64,000 nt of DNA from Candidatus Moraniibacteriota bacterium (lineage in GTDB: Bacteria; Patescibacteriota; Minisyncoccia; Moranbacterales; UBA1568): NCBI GenBank assembly GCA_043743535.1, contig JAYTWI010000020.1, positions 10,039 to 74,038 of the forward strand, read 5' to 3'. The position numbers and the translations under genes were made by a program. The notes under the pieces are model-generated. The model was given only the letters and a program-made list of their open reading frames with translations, was not told where the DNA came from and did not search any database. Positions 36,039 to 46,108 of the stretch are shown here, one piece after another. Positions within the stretch are counted from its first letter, which is position 1. Each line of letters opens with the position of its first letter.

Positions 36039-39000
36039 TCACTTCAATACACCGACATCCTCTGGCGAGATAAAGAAGCAGTTTTGAGTGATACTATACC
36101 CATTAAAGTCAGTCTCCCTCTGGGGCAGACCAGTAACTCTATTTTTCGTAGCAAATTCAGGATTCCTTTTCAAAGTAGCCAGGAAATTAAAGACGGCGTT
36201 TCTATTGGAGGCACCCCCCCCACGGTGGTCATCAATAACGATAGCGACCTGGGCGTCTTTCTTATCAGCGACCTCCCTCACATACTGTACTATTTTTCGT
36301 ACAAAGTCAGAAACCTTGAGTTGATTGATGGTGTTTTCAATTGGATTTAAACCACGAATAACCATGAGTTTTTGACCACTGGCTGTGGTGGCCTCAATAA
36401 CGACGCAAGCCCCTGCCAATCGCTCTTCTTTTTCTTTGCCAGGATTTTGCTTGAAGACAAGCGCTGTAAAATTGGGAAATTTCTCGGCGATTGAACCATA
36501 CTTGGATGCCCAACAAGCATCCGCAATATGGCCAGAGAGCTCCATGAGCGTACCTCGACTCGGTAGGATTTCAAATGGTGTTTTCCCCTTTGTCTCAACA
36601 TTAGTAGCATCCCGCACGGCTTTAGCAAGTGTCGCCGTGTCTAAGAGATCATCAAACTTCTTGGCAACACTGGTAGTGGAAAAATATGTCCTAAGAGTCT
36701 CCTGGTTAGTAATATGATCAACAAACTCAATCACCTTAGAAACATTGGCCACCGAAATATTTGCTTCCGCGTCCTGCACATCAAATTCCATCCAGGAAGG
36801 ATTCTTGCGCAACGCTAAGGAAAAAACAGCTTCCTGAATAATAGGCCGACATCCTTTGATATCGAGGAGTATATCCATATTTGTCTGGAGATCCTGCACT
36901 GAGCGTATGTTCACTGTTTCTAGCCCAGCAACTTTCTCTTCCAAATTCTGTCTAGCTTTTTCATTGGTAAGTAATGGGAGTTTTGCTCGATAAGTATCAA
37001 TGGTCTGAGTAGTTATAACTCGCAACTTCTCTGCATACTGAGAAAAAACCTTGCTACCTTCTAAACTTTTTTGAGCTTCTCCAAGGCTTCGCAATAATGC
37101 TATGTATTTACTAACAACGTCTTCTGTCCACTGATGCTCTGTCACTGCCTTGGCATCCAAAGTCTGGATATCTACTCTCTTGGCCACAAATGCGGCGTCC
37201 GGCTTCATCGGTTCTATGGCCAATACTCTTTTAAGTTCCCCTATGGTCTTTTCACCAAAGCCAGCTTCATCAAAGCGAACATACTTCTTAAAATAGTCTA
37301 ACAGAATCGGATGAGCAAATACTCGTTCCTTGTCAATTACATCATTCCCCCAGTCCACTCGCTCCTTGCGTAATAATTGTAAAAATTTATTCACAAGCTC
37401 TTTACCTGTCGCTTTAAACCGAATCTGGGGGATTTCAACTTCTTCTGTTTCTGCGATGAAGCCTTCCTTAGATAGAACCTCTAAATCATCAATCCGGGTA
37501 GCAAAAGGAAATATAGCTTTACCAATCACTACTTTTTCTTCTTTACTTAATAAAAAATTTCTACTGACACTAGTAATTTTATTGATAAGATCTTTATCCC
37601 CGAACTTACACAGAGCTACCGTGCCTTCTACAACAGCCTCTCGGATCTCTGGCGATTTCAGGACTGTTTCTGGAAGAGAGAATACTTGAATAATTTCGAG
37701 GGCATCATAGAAATCATGAGATTTGATTCGTGCAAGCATACCTTCTCTGGCGGCTTTCTGGATCTCTGGCGATTTCAGGACTGTTTCTGGAAGAGAGATT
37801 GCTTTAATGATTGCACGGACTCTCGGGGTAAAATTATTACTACTACCTTTCCTGAGTTGAACTGCTATACTCTCTCCTGCGACTTCGAAAATGACAGCTT
37901 CAGAGAAATGAAAGGTTTTGGCGATGTTGAGAGCCTGACTAACATTGATATCATCAGAACTGAGTTGTGCCACCATGTTCTCTTTTGCTGCTTGTTGAAT
38001 TTCTGGTAATTTGAGGACCGCCTGGGGCGGAGAGAACTCATAAATAATAGAAATGGCACTATCTGCATTGCCAGTCTGGAGATATGTCATCATAGCCTCT
38101 CTTGCGAGTTTGCGGACGACGGCTTCAGAAAAAATATGGCACGTAGTGGCAATTCTTCTGGCAATGCAGATATTGCCATTTCTGAGTTGTGCAGCCACTC
38201 CTTCTCTTGCAGCTTGTTGAATTTCTGGTAATCCCATGGCTGTTTTTGGGAGAGAAAAAGTCTTAATAGTTGTGGGGACAGTGCCTATATTGCCATTTCT
38301 GAGTTGTGCCACCATGTTCTCTTTTGCAGCTTGTTGAATTTCTGGTAATCCGATAAAAGTTTTTGGGAGAGCGAATACGTCTATAATTTTAAGAGCTCTT
38401 GCAATAGAATTATTGTCTGTAAACTTGAGCTGTGTGGCCAGTCCTTCACTGGCAGCTTGATAAATGAGTGCTTCAGGAAGCTTGAAGGTCTCGATAAATC
38501 GAGGAACAAAATCAGCCTCATCCCCATAACTTTGGCCTTTGCTTAAAATATCAACAAGTCCCGCCCTAGCTATGGTTTGCACATTATTTGATTGAATCTG
38601 CCTGCCCGAAAGTGAAAAAGTTTCAACAAACGCCATTGCTGACCACCATTCACCCGCATTCAGTTTCTCAAGCATAGCCTGGCTTGCCAGAGATCGAAGT
38701 GGGGATGTGTCTGAAGATTTAAAAGCGCCCAATTTCTGCAAATCTTTAATCTGAAATAAAAATTCAGTAAGCGCCCCGTTACGAACAGCCATCATTTGCC
38801 TCATAATACACTCCGTACTCAACTTGTCGATATCCAAAAAACTCTTGTCGGTATATTGCAAAATATGAACAAGTGCGCGAAACGAAAGAGAAGTATTTTG
38901 AATGTGCTTTGCTGATTCCTGGGAGAGAGGGATAGTACCCGGGAGAATACTTCTCAGTGAGGAGTCGTCCTCAAATACTTCATCAATATTTTTTATGTTG

Positions 39001-40661
39001 ACAATGAAATCACTCACCAGATCAATCCCTGTGTGCTCTTTTTCCATCATCAACATTTGTGCCTCTTTGACAGCACTACCCTCACCATCCCACCGACCCA
39101 CTAAACCAGCCCACTGGTAAATTGCTTTCTGATTACGCGAACTGACTTCCTTTTTTGACTCCTCAAAAGCCCGGCTATAATCTCCATTGATTTCCGGTTG
39201 ACTTAAAAACTTTTGTGTTTTCGTTACTGCTAAAATATCAATCGACGATGCCCCTGCGGTCATAAGCTTGTGTGCCCGTTTGAGATCACCAAAAGGCACA
39301 TCATTAATAAAATCAACCCTAAATTCCCGAGTAACATCTGTTCTGTCTCCTGAGAAATGCCAGTGCAAGTCAAGTGCCATTTGCGCTAAGCTCTTATGAC
39401 GTTCGTTCTTTTGTTCTTGTTCCGACAATTCAGCTCGCAATAAACTACCGAGAAACTTTTTGAGATTTGCGCTTTGAATACGAGCATGTTCATACTGTTT
39501 AAAGGTCGTTTCCAGCTGTTTCAGTGCTTGAGTGTATTCACATTGTATGGATGAAAGCTGGGCCTCACGCTCTTCATCGGGTAAATTCCTTTTCTCTACA
39601 CGGGAAACTTCCCGCTGTTTTTTAGCATCCAGTCTATCTATTTCTCTCTGAGTATCTTCGCGGAATTTTTTGCTACGGCTTTCCAGTTCTGAATCAATAA
39701 ATTCCCCCATTTGTTCATCATCAGCACCTTCCGTGAGAAAGGTAATCTGCTTCTTCAATACATAAGCTCTCTCAGCGTATTTTGACACTCCTGATTTTCC
39801 CTCAAATCTTCCAATGTTGTGAAGGTCAACCCCGTTTATTTTCTGGCGCATCCCACGCAACTGCGCTTTTACTCCCTCTCCCAACTGTGCCCAAGCAATT
39901 GACTCCGCAAAACTCCCAATATAAGGAGAGCTTGGTCCTCTACTAGGATTAAACTTGGCCGCCTCAGCTACAATATCCGCCGCCCGAAGGATGACCTTAT
40001 GCTCTATTTCACCTTGAGATCCGTTTTTTGCCTCGAAATCCTTTCTTATTTTCTGATATAAATCTTGGAGAACGATATAATCATCATAATTCTGATCATT
40101 GAATCGGTTATTGAAAGTCTTCTGCTCCTGTCCTTTGGATTTATCTTTTTCAAGTGCTTTATATGCAATCCGAGCAATAGCATATTCCGGTGTTCCCTTC
40201 ATAAGCACTCGCCTCAAGTCTCGTTCGAGGCCTAATCGTACCTCATAAGGAGAAGCATAAATGATCTGAGGTTTTGTTTTATCATCACCACTATGACCAT
40301 AGTAGGTAGTATGATCTGGCTCTATTTTGGTAATTCTTCCGCTCAGTAACTGCCTATAGAAGTCTAGTCGCTTCTCAATATATTGATGCGCCTCTGGATT
40401 TATTTCCTCTACTATCCTTATTCCATCCTGAATGCCCAGAGTAGACAACTTATGAAAAACGAGTTTGAAATTGCTACTATCAAATGTTTCCTCATCTTCT
40501 ACATCAGAAAACATTCCCTTTTCAACACGATCGATTTGCGCAAAAAGAGTGGTGTATTCTGGGTCATCGTATACTTGCGCCACAAGCTCGGCTTGTGGAC
40601 TTTCCTCATGTAATTTTTTTATATCCGGAGAGGCTACACTCTCAAAATTTTTTAGTCGCAT
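36039..40661 (-). CDS. giant (1540 aa) intracellular tandem-repeat protein, function unknown
   Basis: No signal peptide or TM. Central array of 36-38-aa repeats (FSLPxTxxxLPEIQQAAxExxxAQLRxGN…). Unrecognised N- and C-terminal domains. Confidence 0.7.
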   Translation of the reverse strand: MRLKNFESVASPDIKKLHEESPQAELVAQVYDDPEYTTLFAQIDRVEKGMFSDVEDEETFDSSNFKLVFHKLSTLGIQDGIRIVEEINPEAHQYIEKRLDFYRQLLSGRITKIEPDHTTYYGHSGDDKTKPQIIYASPYEVRLGLERDLRRVLMKGTPEYAIARIAYKALEKDKSKGQEQKTFNNRFNDQNYDDYIVLQDLYQKIRKDFEAKNGSQGEIEHKVILRAADIVAEAAKFNPSRGPSSPYIGSFAESIAWAQLGEGVKAQLRGMRQKINGVDLHNIGRFEGKSGVSKYAERAYVLKKQITFLTEGADDEQMGEFIDSELESRSKKFREDTQREIDRLDAKKQREVSRVEKRNLPDEEREAQLSSIQCEYTQALKQLETTFKQYEHARIQSANLKKFLGSLLRAELSEQEQKNERHKSLAQMALDLHWHFSGDRTDVTREFRVDFINDVPFGDLKRAHKLMTAGASSIDILAVTKTQKFLSQPEINGDYSRAFEESKKEVSSRNQKAIYQWAGLVGRWDGEGSAVKEAQMLMMEKEHTGIDLVSDFIVNIKNIDEVFEDDSSLRSILPGTIPLSQESAKHIQNTSLSFRALVHILQYTDKSFLDIDKLSTECIMRQMMAVRNGALTEFLFQIKDLQKLGAFKSSDTSPLRSLASQAMLEKLNAGEWWSAMAFVETFSLSGRQIQSNNVQTIARAGLVDILSKGQSYGDEADFVPRFIETFKLPEALIYQAASEGLATQLKFTDNNSIARALKIIDVFALPKTFIGLPEIQQAAKENMVAQLRNGNIGTVPTTIKTFSLPKTAMGLPEIQQAAREGVAAQLRNGNICIARRIATTCHIFSEAVVRKLAREAMMTYLQTGNADSAISIIYEFSPPQAVLKLPEIQQAAKENMVAQLSSDDINVSQALNIAKTFHFSEAVIFEVAGESIAVQLRKGSSNNFTPRVRAIIKAISLPETVLKSPEIQKAAREGMLARIKSHDFYDALEIIQVFSLPETVLKSPEIREAVVEGTVALCKFGDKDLINKITSVSRNFLLSKEEKVVIGKAIFPFATRIDDLEVLSKEGFIAETEEVEIPQIRFKATGKELVNKFLQLLRKERVDWGNDVIDKERVFAHPILLDYFKKYVRFDEAGFGEKTIGELKRVLAIEPMKPDAAFVAKRVDIQTLDAKAVTEHQWTEDVVSKYIALLRSLGEAQKSLEGSKVFSQYAEKLRVITTQTIDTYRAKLPLLTNEKARQNLEEKVAGLETVNIRSVQDLQTNMDILLDIKGCRPIIQEAVFSLALRKNPSWMEFDVQDAEANISVANVSKVIEFVDHITNQETLRTYFSTTSVAKKFDDLLDTATLAKAVRDATNVETKGKTPFEILPSRGTLMELSGHIADACWASKYGSIAEKFPNFTALVFKQNPGKEKEERLAGACVVIEATTASGQKLMVIRGLNPIENTINQLKVSDFVRKIVQYVREVADKKDAQVAIVIDDHRGGGASNRNAVFNFLATLKRNPEFATKNRVTGLPQRETDFNGYSITQNCFFISPEDVGVLK
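37600..38500 (-). repeat. intragenic tandem DNA repeats (period about 111-114 bp) encoding the 36-38-aa repeat array
   Basis: Near-identical stretches recur, e.g. tctggcgatttcaggactgtttctggaagagag at about 37642 and 37768. gcagcttgttgaatttctggtaat occurs at least three times. Confidence 0.5.
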
Positions 40662-40854
40662 ATTTCCTCAGTATCTCCTGGTTAATTTGTCTCTGAAAGT
40701 GGTATATGAATACTAGATTAACACGGCTAGATTATTATCAGCAATTGATTTACATACAACTCTGATTATTTTCAACGTATTTAATAAATGACAACACATT
40801 ACCATCAAAAAGTACCGGAGTTTTTGGATGCTTTTCCATAGCAGTAGTATACGC

Positions 40855-41301
40855 TTACCCTTCTTTTTGTTCTACTCTTATTTCTCGCTTCATTTCAGAA
40901 AGACTTTCGATCGTGACCTCTACTCTTTTTTCGGGCAAAATATTTACAATTCGTTCTGGCCATTCCACAATGACCACCCCCTCCGGGTCGGCGCACCATT
41001 CGGCAAACCCAAGTTCGCGAAAATCCTTTTCCTCTACTCGGTAGGCATCGGCATGATAAACGCGCTTGATCCCAGTAGCACTCGGCATAGACAATTCATA
41101 CTGCTTCATAATGACAAACGTCGGACTGATATACGGCCGCGTGGCACCGAAACCGGCGAGCAACCCCTGTGTAAAAGTCGTTTTGCCCGCCCCCAAATCA
41201 CCAGTGAGACAAAGAAGCACCCCAGGAGGCATTGTTTCTGCCATCTGCTGGCCGAAAGCCTTGGTCTCTTCTGCTGAATAGGTAGTTATTATCTGTTCCA
41301 T
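40855..41301 (-). CDS. tsaE: tRNA threonylcarbamoyladenosine biosynthesis protein TsaE
   Basis: P-loop LCLTGDLGAGKTTFTQGL. Size and context fit. Confidence 0.85.
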   Translation of the reverse strand: MEQIITTYSAEETKAFGQQMAETMPPGVLLCLTGDLGAGKTTFTQGLLAGFGATRPYISPTFVIMKQYELSMPSATGIKRVYHADAYRVEEKDFRELGFAEWCADPEGVVIVEWPERIVNILPEKRVEVTIESLSEMKREIRVEQKEG

Positions 41302-41471
41302 AATACGTCCATCCTAGCGTAAAACGCTTTTTCTGGCGAGCCAGAGCCTCTGATTTGACACTGGGGTCTTTCCCTGATATCTTTCACTACTTGCTCGATA
41401 GAATATTTGATATTTGATTTTAAATTTTCCGCCCTAAACGGATCGGCCTCGGGCTAAGAACCTATCCCCCT

Positions 41472-42614
41472 ATGTCTCTTTCTCCCTACCAGCAACTCGA
41501 AGAACTGCTCAAAAAGACCGTCGCTCCGCTCATTATTCTCCCCTCTTACCCTAGCCGTGACTCCTTGGCCACCGCCTTTGCGCTAGCCTTTTTCCTCAAA
41601 AGCATTGGTAAAGAGGCATTTGTTGCAGGCGAGAACATTCTCAAAGATAAAGAGTCCCTCGCTTTTCTGGGCGAGCCAGAGCACCTCTTGCCTACCATTA
41701 CTGGGGCCCGTGATTTCGTCCTTTCTTTCAATACCGAGCGCAACAAAATCACCAATGTGCGAACCGAAAATATAGCAGGGGAACTCCGTATCTACCTCAC
41801 ACCGGAGAACGGCGCCATCGATCCACGTGATTTTTCTTTTATCCCCGCCAAGTTCAAATATGATCTGGCAATTATTGTCGGTGCCTCTGACAAAGAACAT
41901 TTAGGGAAAATTTATGAAGACAATCCAGATATTTTTTATGAACTCCCGATCGTCAATATTGATAACCACTCCGACAACGAGTTGTATGGGCAGGTGAACC
42001 TGGTCGATATGACCGCCTCTTCTAATGCTGAAATGTTAGCAGAAATGTTGCAAAAAAGTGCCCTCGGTAAACTGGATGAAAAAACGAGCGAGAGCCTACT
42101 TACTGGCATCATCGCCGCTACCGAAAGTTTTCAGAAAAAAAACACCACTCCCAAGGCCTTGCAAATCGCCTCCCGCCTGATGGATGGTGGTGCCGATCAA
42201 CAAAAAATCATCCGCTCGCTCTATAAGACCCAACCACTGCATCTTCTGAAACTGTGGGGCCGGGTGATGGCTCAAGTGAAATGGAACGAGAGTCTGAAGC
42301 TGATCTGGACGCTGGTCAGTATCGAAGACCTGGTCCAGGCGCGGGCTCATGCAGACGATCTGCCACACGTCTTGGAGAAAATCCGCCACAATTATTCTTC
42401 CGGCCACTTCTATATGATTCTCTATCCAGAAAACAATATGGTGGTGCGTGGTCTGGTCAAAGCAGCCTCTGCTGAGAATCTCGCCCTCTTCGCAGCCAGG
42501 ATGGAGGGGGCACTTCATGACGATACCTTTGAATTTTCCCTCCCGGCCAATAGCCTCGATGAAGCCGAGAATATCATCATCGGCAAGATGCAAAAAACGT
42601 TCGTCGCTCCCTAG
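41472..42614 (+). CDS. DHH-DHHA1 family phosphoesterase-like protein (NrnA-like) with degenerate catalytic motifs
   Basis: Overall NrnA-like layout. DHH motif reads IDNHSDN, motif I reads PSRDS, GGGH reads SSGH. Confidence 0.55.
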   Translation: MSLSPYQQLEELLKKTVAPLIILPSYPSRDSLATAFALAFFLKSIGKEAFVAGENILKDKESLAFLGEPEHLLPTITGARDFVLSFNTERNKITNVRTENIAGELRIYLTPENGAIDPRDFSFIPAKFKYDLAIIVGASDKEHLGKIYEDNPDIFYELPIVNIDNHSDNELYGQVNLVDMTASSNAEMLAEMLQKSALGKLDEKTSESLLTGIIAATESFQKKNTTPKALQIASRLMDGGADQQKIIRSLYKTQPLHLLKLWGRVMAQVKWNESLKLIWTLVSIEDLVQARAHADDLPHVLEKIRHNYSSGHFYMILYPENNMVVRGLVKAASAENLALFAARMEGALHDDTFEFSLPANSLDEAENIIIGKMQKTFVAP

Positions 42615-42718
42615 GGATCTTTGGAAAAAAATGTCATAACAAAGAAGCGCTTCCTTTGCTTGTGAGGTGCTTTTTGAGGTACAATGAAAGGGAAATATAA
42701 ACTAAAAAACATTTTCGT

Positions 42719-45700
42719 ATGGTGCAGGTGATTCACAAAGATGTGGCCAATACAGAAAACCTCATCAAGGGCGAACAAACAAAAAAAGCGCTTGAAAAAA
42801 TGGAGGGGGAGTCGATTGAGCAAGCGGCTTCGCGACTGGCGGCTGGGAGTGGCCTCCCTTATATTGATCTTCATCTTTTCCCACTCGATCCAGAAAACGT
42901 GATGCTCATCCAAGAGAATGAGGCACGTGCCAACGGATTAACTTTATTTTACAAAAAGGATGTGGCTGTCCGTTTTGCGCTGCTCGACCCGAAGAATTCC
43001 CAGGCCAACGAATACATCACGAAAAAAGCCACTGACGAGGGCTGGCATATTGAAATCTATGTCACTTCCCTCCCCTCCCTGGAATACGCATGGCACAACT
43101 ACAAAAAACGCACTCTCATCGATAATCTCGACTTGGTGCGTGTTTCTTTGGGAGAACAGGACGTCGAGCGCTTCGAAAAGGACTTTGGCGAACTGATTGC
43201 CCTCAAAGAAAACCACAGTGTCTCTACCTCACGGGCGATGGAAATCATTCTGGCCGGCGCAGAAAAGTTGCGCACGAGCGACATCCACATCGAAGCGGAA
43301 GAAGAGCGAGTACGGTTACGTTACCGTATCGACGGCGTACTCCAGGATATCGGCTTTCTCCCCAAGGAGATGTACCAGCTCCTCACTTCACGCATCAAGA
43401 TGATCGGCAAGATGCGCATCAATATCCGAAACAAAGCTCAAGACGGCCATTTTTTCATTGAACTCGACGGCAAAAGGATCGATGTGCGTGTCTCAAGTAT
43501 TCCTGGAAAATTCGGAGAGAGTATTAATATGCGTCTTCTCTCCAGTAGCGACGTCATCGGCGAAGTTGATAACATCGGTCTTCGTGGTCTAGCCTACGAA
43601 GAAGTTTTGCGTCAAATTGAAAAATCAAGCGGTATGATCTTGAACACCGGCCCGACCGGTTCCGGTAAAACAACGACCCTCTACACACTCTTAAATCGCA
43701 TCAACAAGCCGGGCGTTAAAATCATCACCGTGGAGGATCCGATTGAATATTCTCTCCCCGGCATCGTCCAGACTGAAGTATCCAAAGATGAAACCTACAC
43801 CTTTGCCACCGCGCTACGGGCTATCGTAAGACAAGATCCTGATGTCGTCTTGATCGGAGAAATTCGTGATGAGGAGACCGCCGACATTGCCGTCAATGCC
43901 GCCCTGACCGGCCACCTCGTTTTTTCTACCCTTCATACCAATAGCGCCCCCGCCTCAATCCCTCGTCTCATTGAGCTTGGGGTCAAGCCATCGCTTATCG
44001 GTTCTGCTCTCAATGTCTTGATCGGCCAACGCCTGGTGCGCAAGATCTGTGACAAATGCAAAGTGCCCTATGACTTAGCCAACGAGACTGCTGATTCGAT
44101 CATCAAACTCATTACTATTATTTCGCCCAAAGCTAAGGTCAAACTCCCAACCAACGTCACCGCCCTATGGCAAGCACCCGGATGCGTTGCGTGCCATTTC
44201 ACTGGCTTCCGCGGGCGAATCGGTATTTTCGAAGTCTTAACGCTGACCCCAGAAATTACCGAACTCATCAACAATATGGCGACTGAGGAAGAGATTTTCA
44301 AAGCCGCACTCGAGAATGGTATGGTGACGATGACCCAAGACGGTATCTTGAAAGCCATAGACGGTATAACCACCCTCGACGAGGTATGGCGTGTGGCCGA
44401 CCAAACAGACATTCTAAAAAGTATTTATAGCCAACTCATGTCCAATGAACTCTCTCGAGCTTCCTTCATTTCCGAAACCCTCTACAACGAAACACGCAGT
44501 CATATCGATATCGTCTCCGCTTTCGGCCCCTATCTCCTCTCCATCAATCCCCAACTACGCCTTCCAACCGTCTTCGCAGCGGCTGTTGCTCTGCATGCCG
44601 GCGACATCCATATTGAGCCACAGGGAGAAAATTTTACCATCCGTTTCCGCATCGATGGTATTCTTCAGACCGTAGCTGCCTTTCCCCTCAATGAATACCC
44701 TAGCTTCTTGGGAGAAATCAAAGTTTTAGGCGGTTTGAAAACCAGCGAACGCGCCGGCATCACCGATGGTCGCTTTTCTATCACGCTCGAGAAGCCCCTA
44801 ACCGCAGGCAGCAACAAAATCGATATCCGTCTCTCCATCATTTTAGGCGGTTTCGGTGAAACGGTCGTTTTGCGATTACTCAATCAATCTGCCACTAAGC
44901 TAGATCTCGCCACTCTCGGCCTGCGAGCTCAAAATTTAGCCAAAATCATTACTGCCACCGAAAAACCAAACGGTCTCATCCTCAACACTGGACCGACCGG
45001 CTCTGGCAAGACAACAACTCTCTATGGTATTCTTGCTCGTCTCAATACCTCGGCCGTTAAAATTATCACTGTTGAAGATCCGATTGAATATCAGATGCCA
45101 GGCTTACTTCAGACCCAGGTCAATGAAAAAGAAGGCTACACTTTTGCTACCGCGCTCCGCTCACTCCTTCGTCAGAATCCTGACATCATGATGATTGGAG
45201 AAATTCGTGACGATGAAACCGCTCAGATTGCCGTCCAGGCAGGGAGCACTGGTCACCTTGTTCTCTCCACCCTCCATGCCAATTCTGCCGCTGGCACCGT
45301 TTCACGCTTACTCAAAATGGGCGTCTCAGGCGATGACCTCGCCAATGCCACCAACCTCATTTTTTCACAACGTCTGGTACGCAAAATCTGCCAAGTCTGT
45401 AAGGTCAAGGGGACTCCTTCCGTCGAAGAAGAATTGATAATCAAAAATGCACTCGCCACGCTTTCACCCAAGTCTGGCATCGTCATAACCAAAACTGACA
45501 CCATTTGGCATAGCGCGGGCTGTGAAAAATGTAGTGGCACCGGATACGCTGGACAAATTATTCTCTCCGAAACCATGCCTATGGATAATGAAATTCAATC
45601 ACTCATTGCGCGGAGCGCCCTGGTGAGTGAGATTGAGACTCAAGCGGTCGAGAACGGCATGATTACCCTCATACAAGATGGTATTCTCTGTGTATTGGAA

Positions 45701-45745
45701 GGCCAGACTACTCTCGACGAAGTGAAGCGTGTCACCAATCTTTAA
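42719..45745 (+). CDS. tandem-duplicated type II/IV secretion (PilB/GspE-family) ATPase fusion
   Basis: Two complete units. Each has an N2-like domain, Walker A LNTGPTGSGKTTTLY, IITVEDPIEY, Asp/His boxes and a tetracysteine motif (CDKCK…GCVAC and CQVCK…GCEKC). Confidence 0.85.
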   Translation: MVQVIHKDVANTENLIKGEQTKKALEKMEGESIEQAASRLAAGSGLPYIDLHLFPLDPENVMLIQENEARANGLTLFYKKDVAVRFALLDPKNSQANEYITKKATDEGWHIEIYVTSLPSLEYAWHNYKKRTLIDNLDLVRVSLGEQDVERFEKDFGELIALKENHSVSTSRAMEIILAGAEKLRTSDIHIEAEEERVRLRYRIDGVLQDIGFLPKEMYQLLTSRIKMIGKMRINIRNKAQDGHFFIELDGKRIDVRVSSIPGKFGESINMRLLSSSDVIGEVDNIGLRGLAYEEVLRQIEKSSGMILNTGPTGSGKTTTLYTLLNRINKPGVKIITVEDPIEYSLPGIVQTEVSKDETYTFATALRAIVRQDPDVVLIGEIRDEETADIAVNAALTGHLVFSTLHTNSAPASIPRLIELGVKPSLIGSALNVLIGQRLVRKICDKCKVPYDLANETADSIIKLITIISPKAKVKLPTNVTALWQAPGCVACHFTGFRGRIGIFEVLTLTPEITELINNMATEEEIFKAALENGMVTMTQDGILKAIDGITTLDEVWRVADQTDILKSIYSQLMSNELSRASFISETLYNETRSHIDIVSAFGPYLLSINPQLRLPTVFAAAVALHAGDIHIEPQGENFTIRFRIDGILQTVAAFPLNEYPSFLGEIKVLGGLKTSERAGITDGRFSITLEKPLTAGSNKIDIRLSIILGGFGETVVLRLLNQSATKLDLATLGLRAQNLAKIITATEKPNGLILNTGPTGSGKTTTLYGILARLNTSAVKIITVEDPIEYQMPGLLQTQVNEKEGYTFATALRSLLRQNPDIMMIGEIRDDETAQIAVQAGSTGHLVLSTLHANSAAGTVSRLLKMGVSGDDLANATNLIFSQRLVRKICQVCKVKGTPSVEEELIIKNALATLSPKSGIVITKTDTIWHSAGCEKCSGTGYAGQIILSETMPMDNEIQSLIARSALVSEIETQAVENGMITLIQDGILCVLEGQTTLDEVKRVTNL

Positions 45746-45771
45746 ACTTTAAATTTTTTTATTCACTCCAC

Positions 45772-45805
45772 AAAAAAAATCACACCCATCAGGTGTGATT
45801 TTTTA
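45772..45805 (+). terminator. rho-independent terminator
   Basis: aaaaaaaATCACACCcatcaGGTGTGATtttttt. Confidence 0.7.
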
Positions 45806-46108
45806 CTCCAGAAACTGATTCATCTGTAGACAAATCCTTTGGCATAGGAGCGAAAGGAAAGGAAAAGTGTCGAGGTATAGCGCAGCTTGTGACCACCCTA
45901 CCCGGATCTTGGCAACGGTTCCCGTGATTGAGGACAAAAGATAGAGATCCCCAACTGTCTACAGGTGAAGCAGTCCCTGCAGGTCTGTTTTTTCGTTTTT
46001 TAAGCGAAATATGATGATAGCATAGCTTTATTTATTTGTCAAGAGGTGTTAGAATAGAAAAAAGAGTACTGATTTCTTGCCTTTTTAAAGCCAATTTCTA
46101 CACCAAAA

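Noticed and set aside
45940-46000. Possible SRP RNA (cugucuacagg…gaagcag resembling 4.5S domain IV)
   Set aside because: Only a short partial match. No convincing complementary strand or GNRA-loop context could be folded by eye. Left as an unassigned intergenic region.
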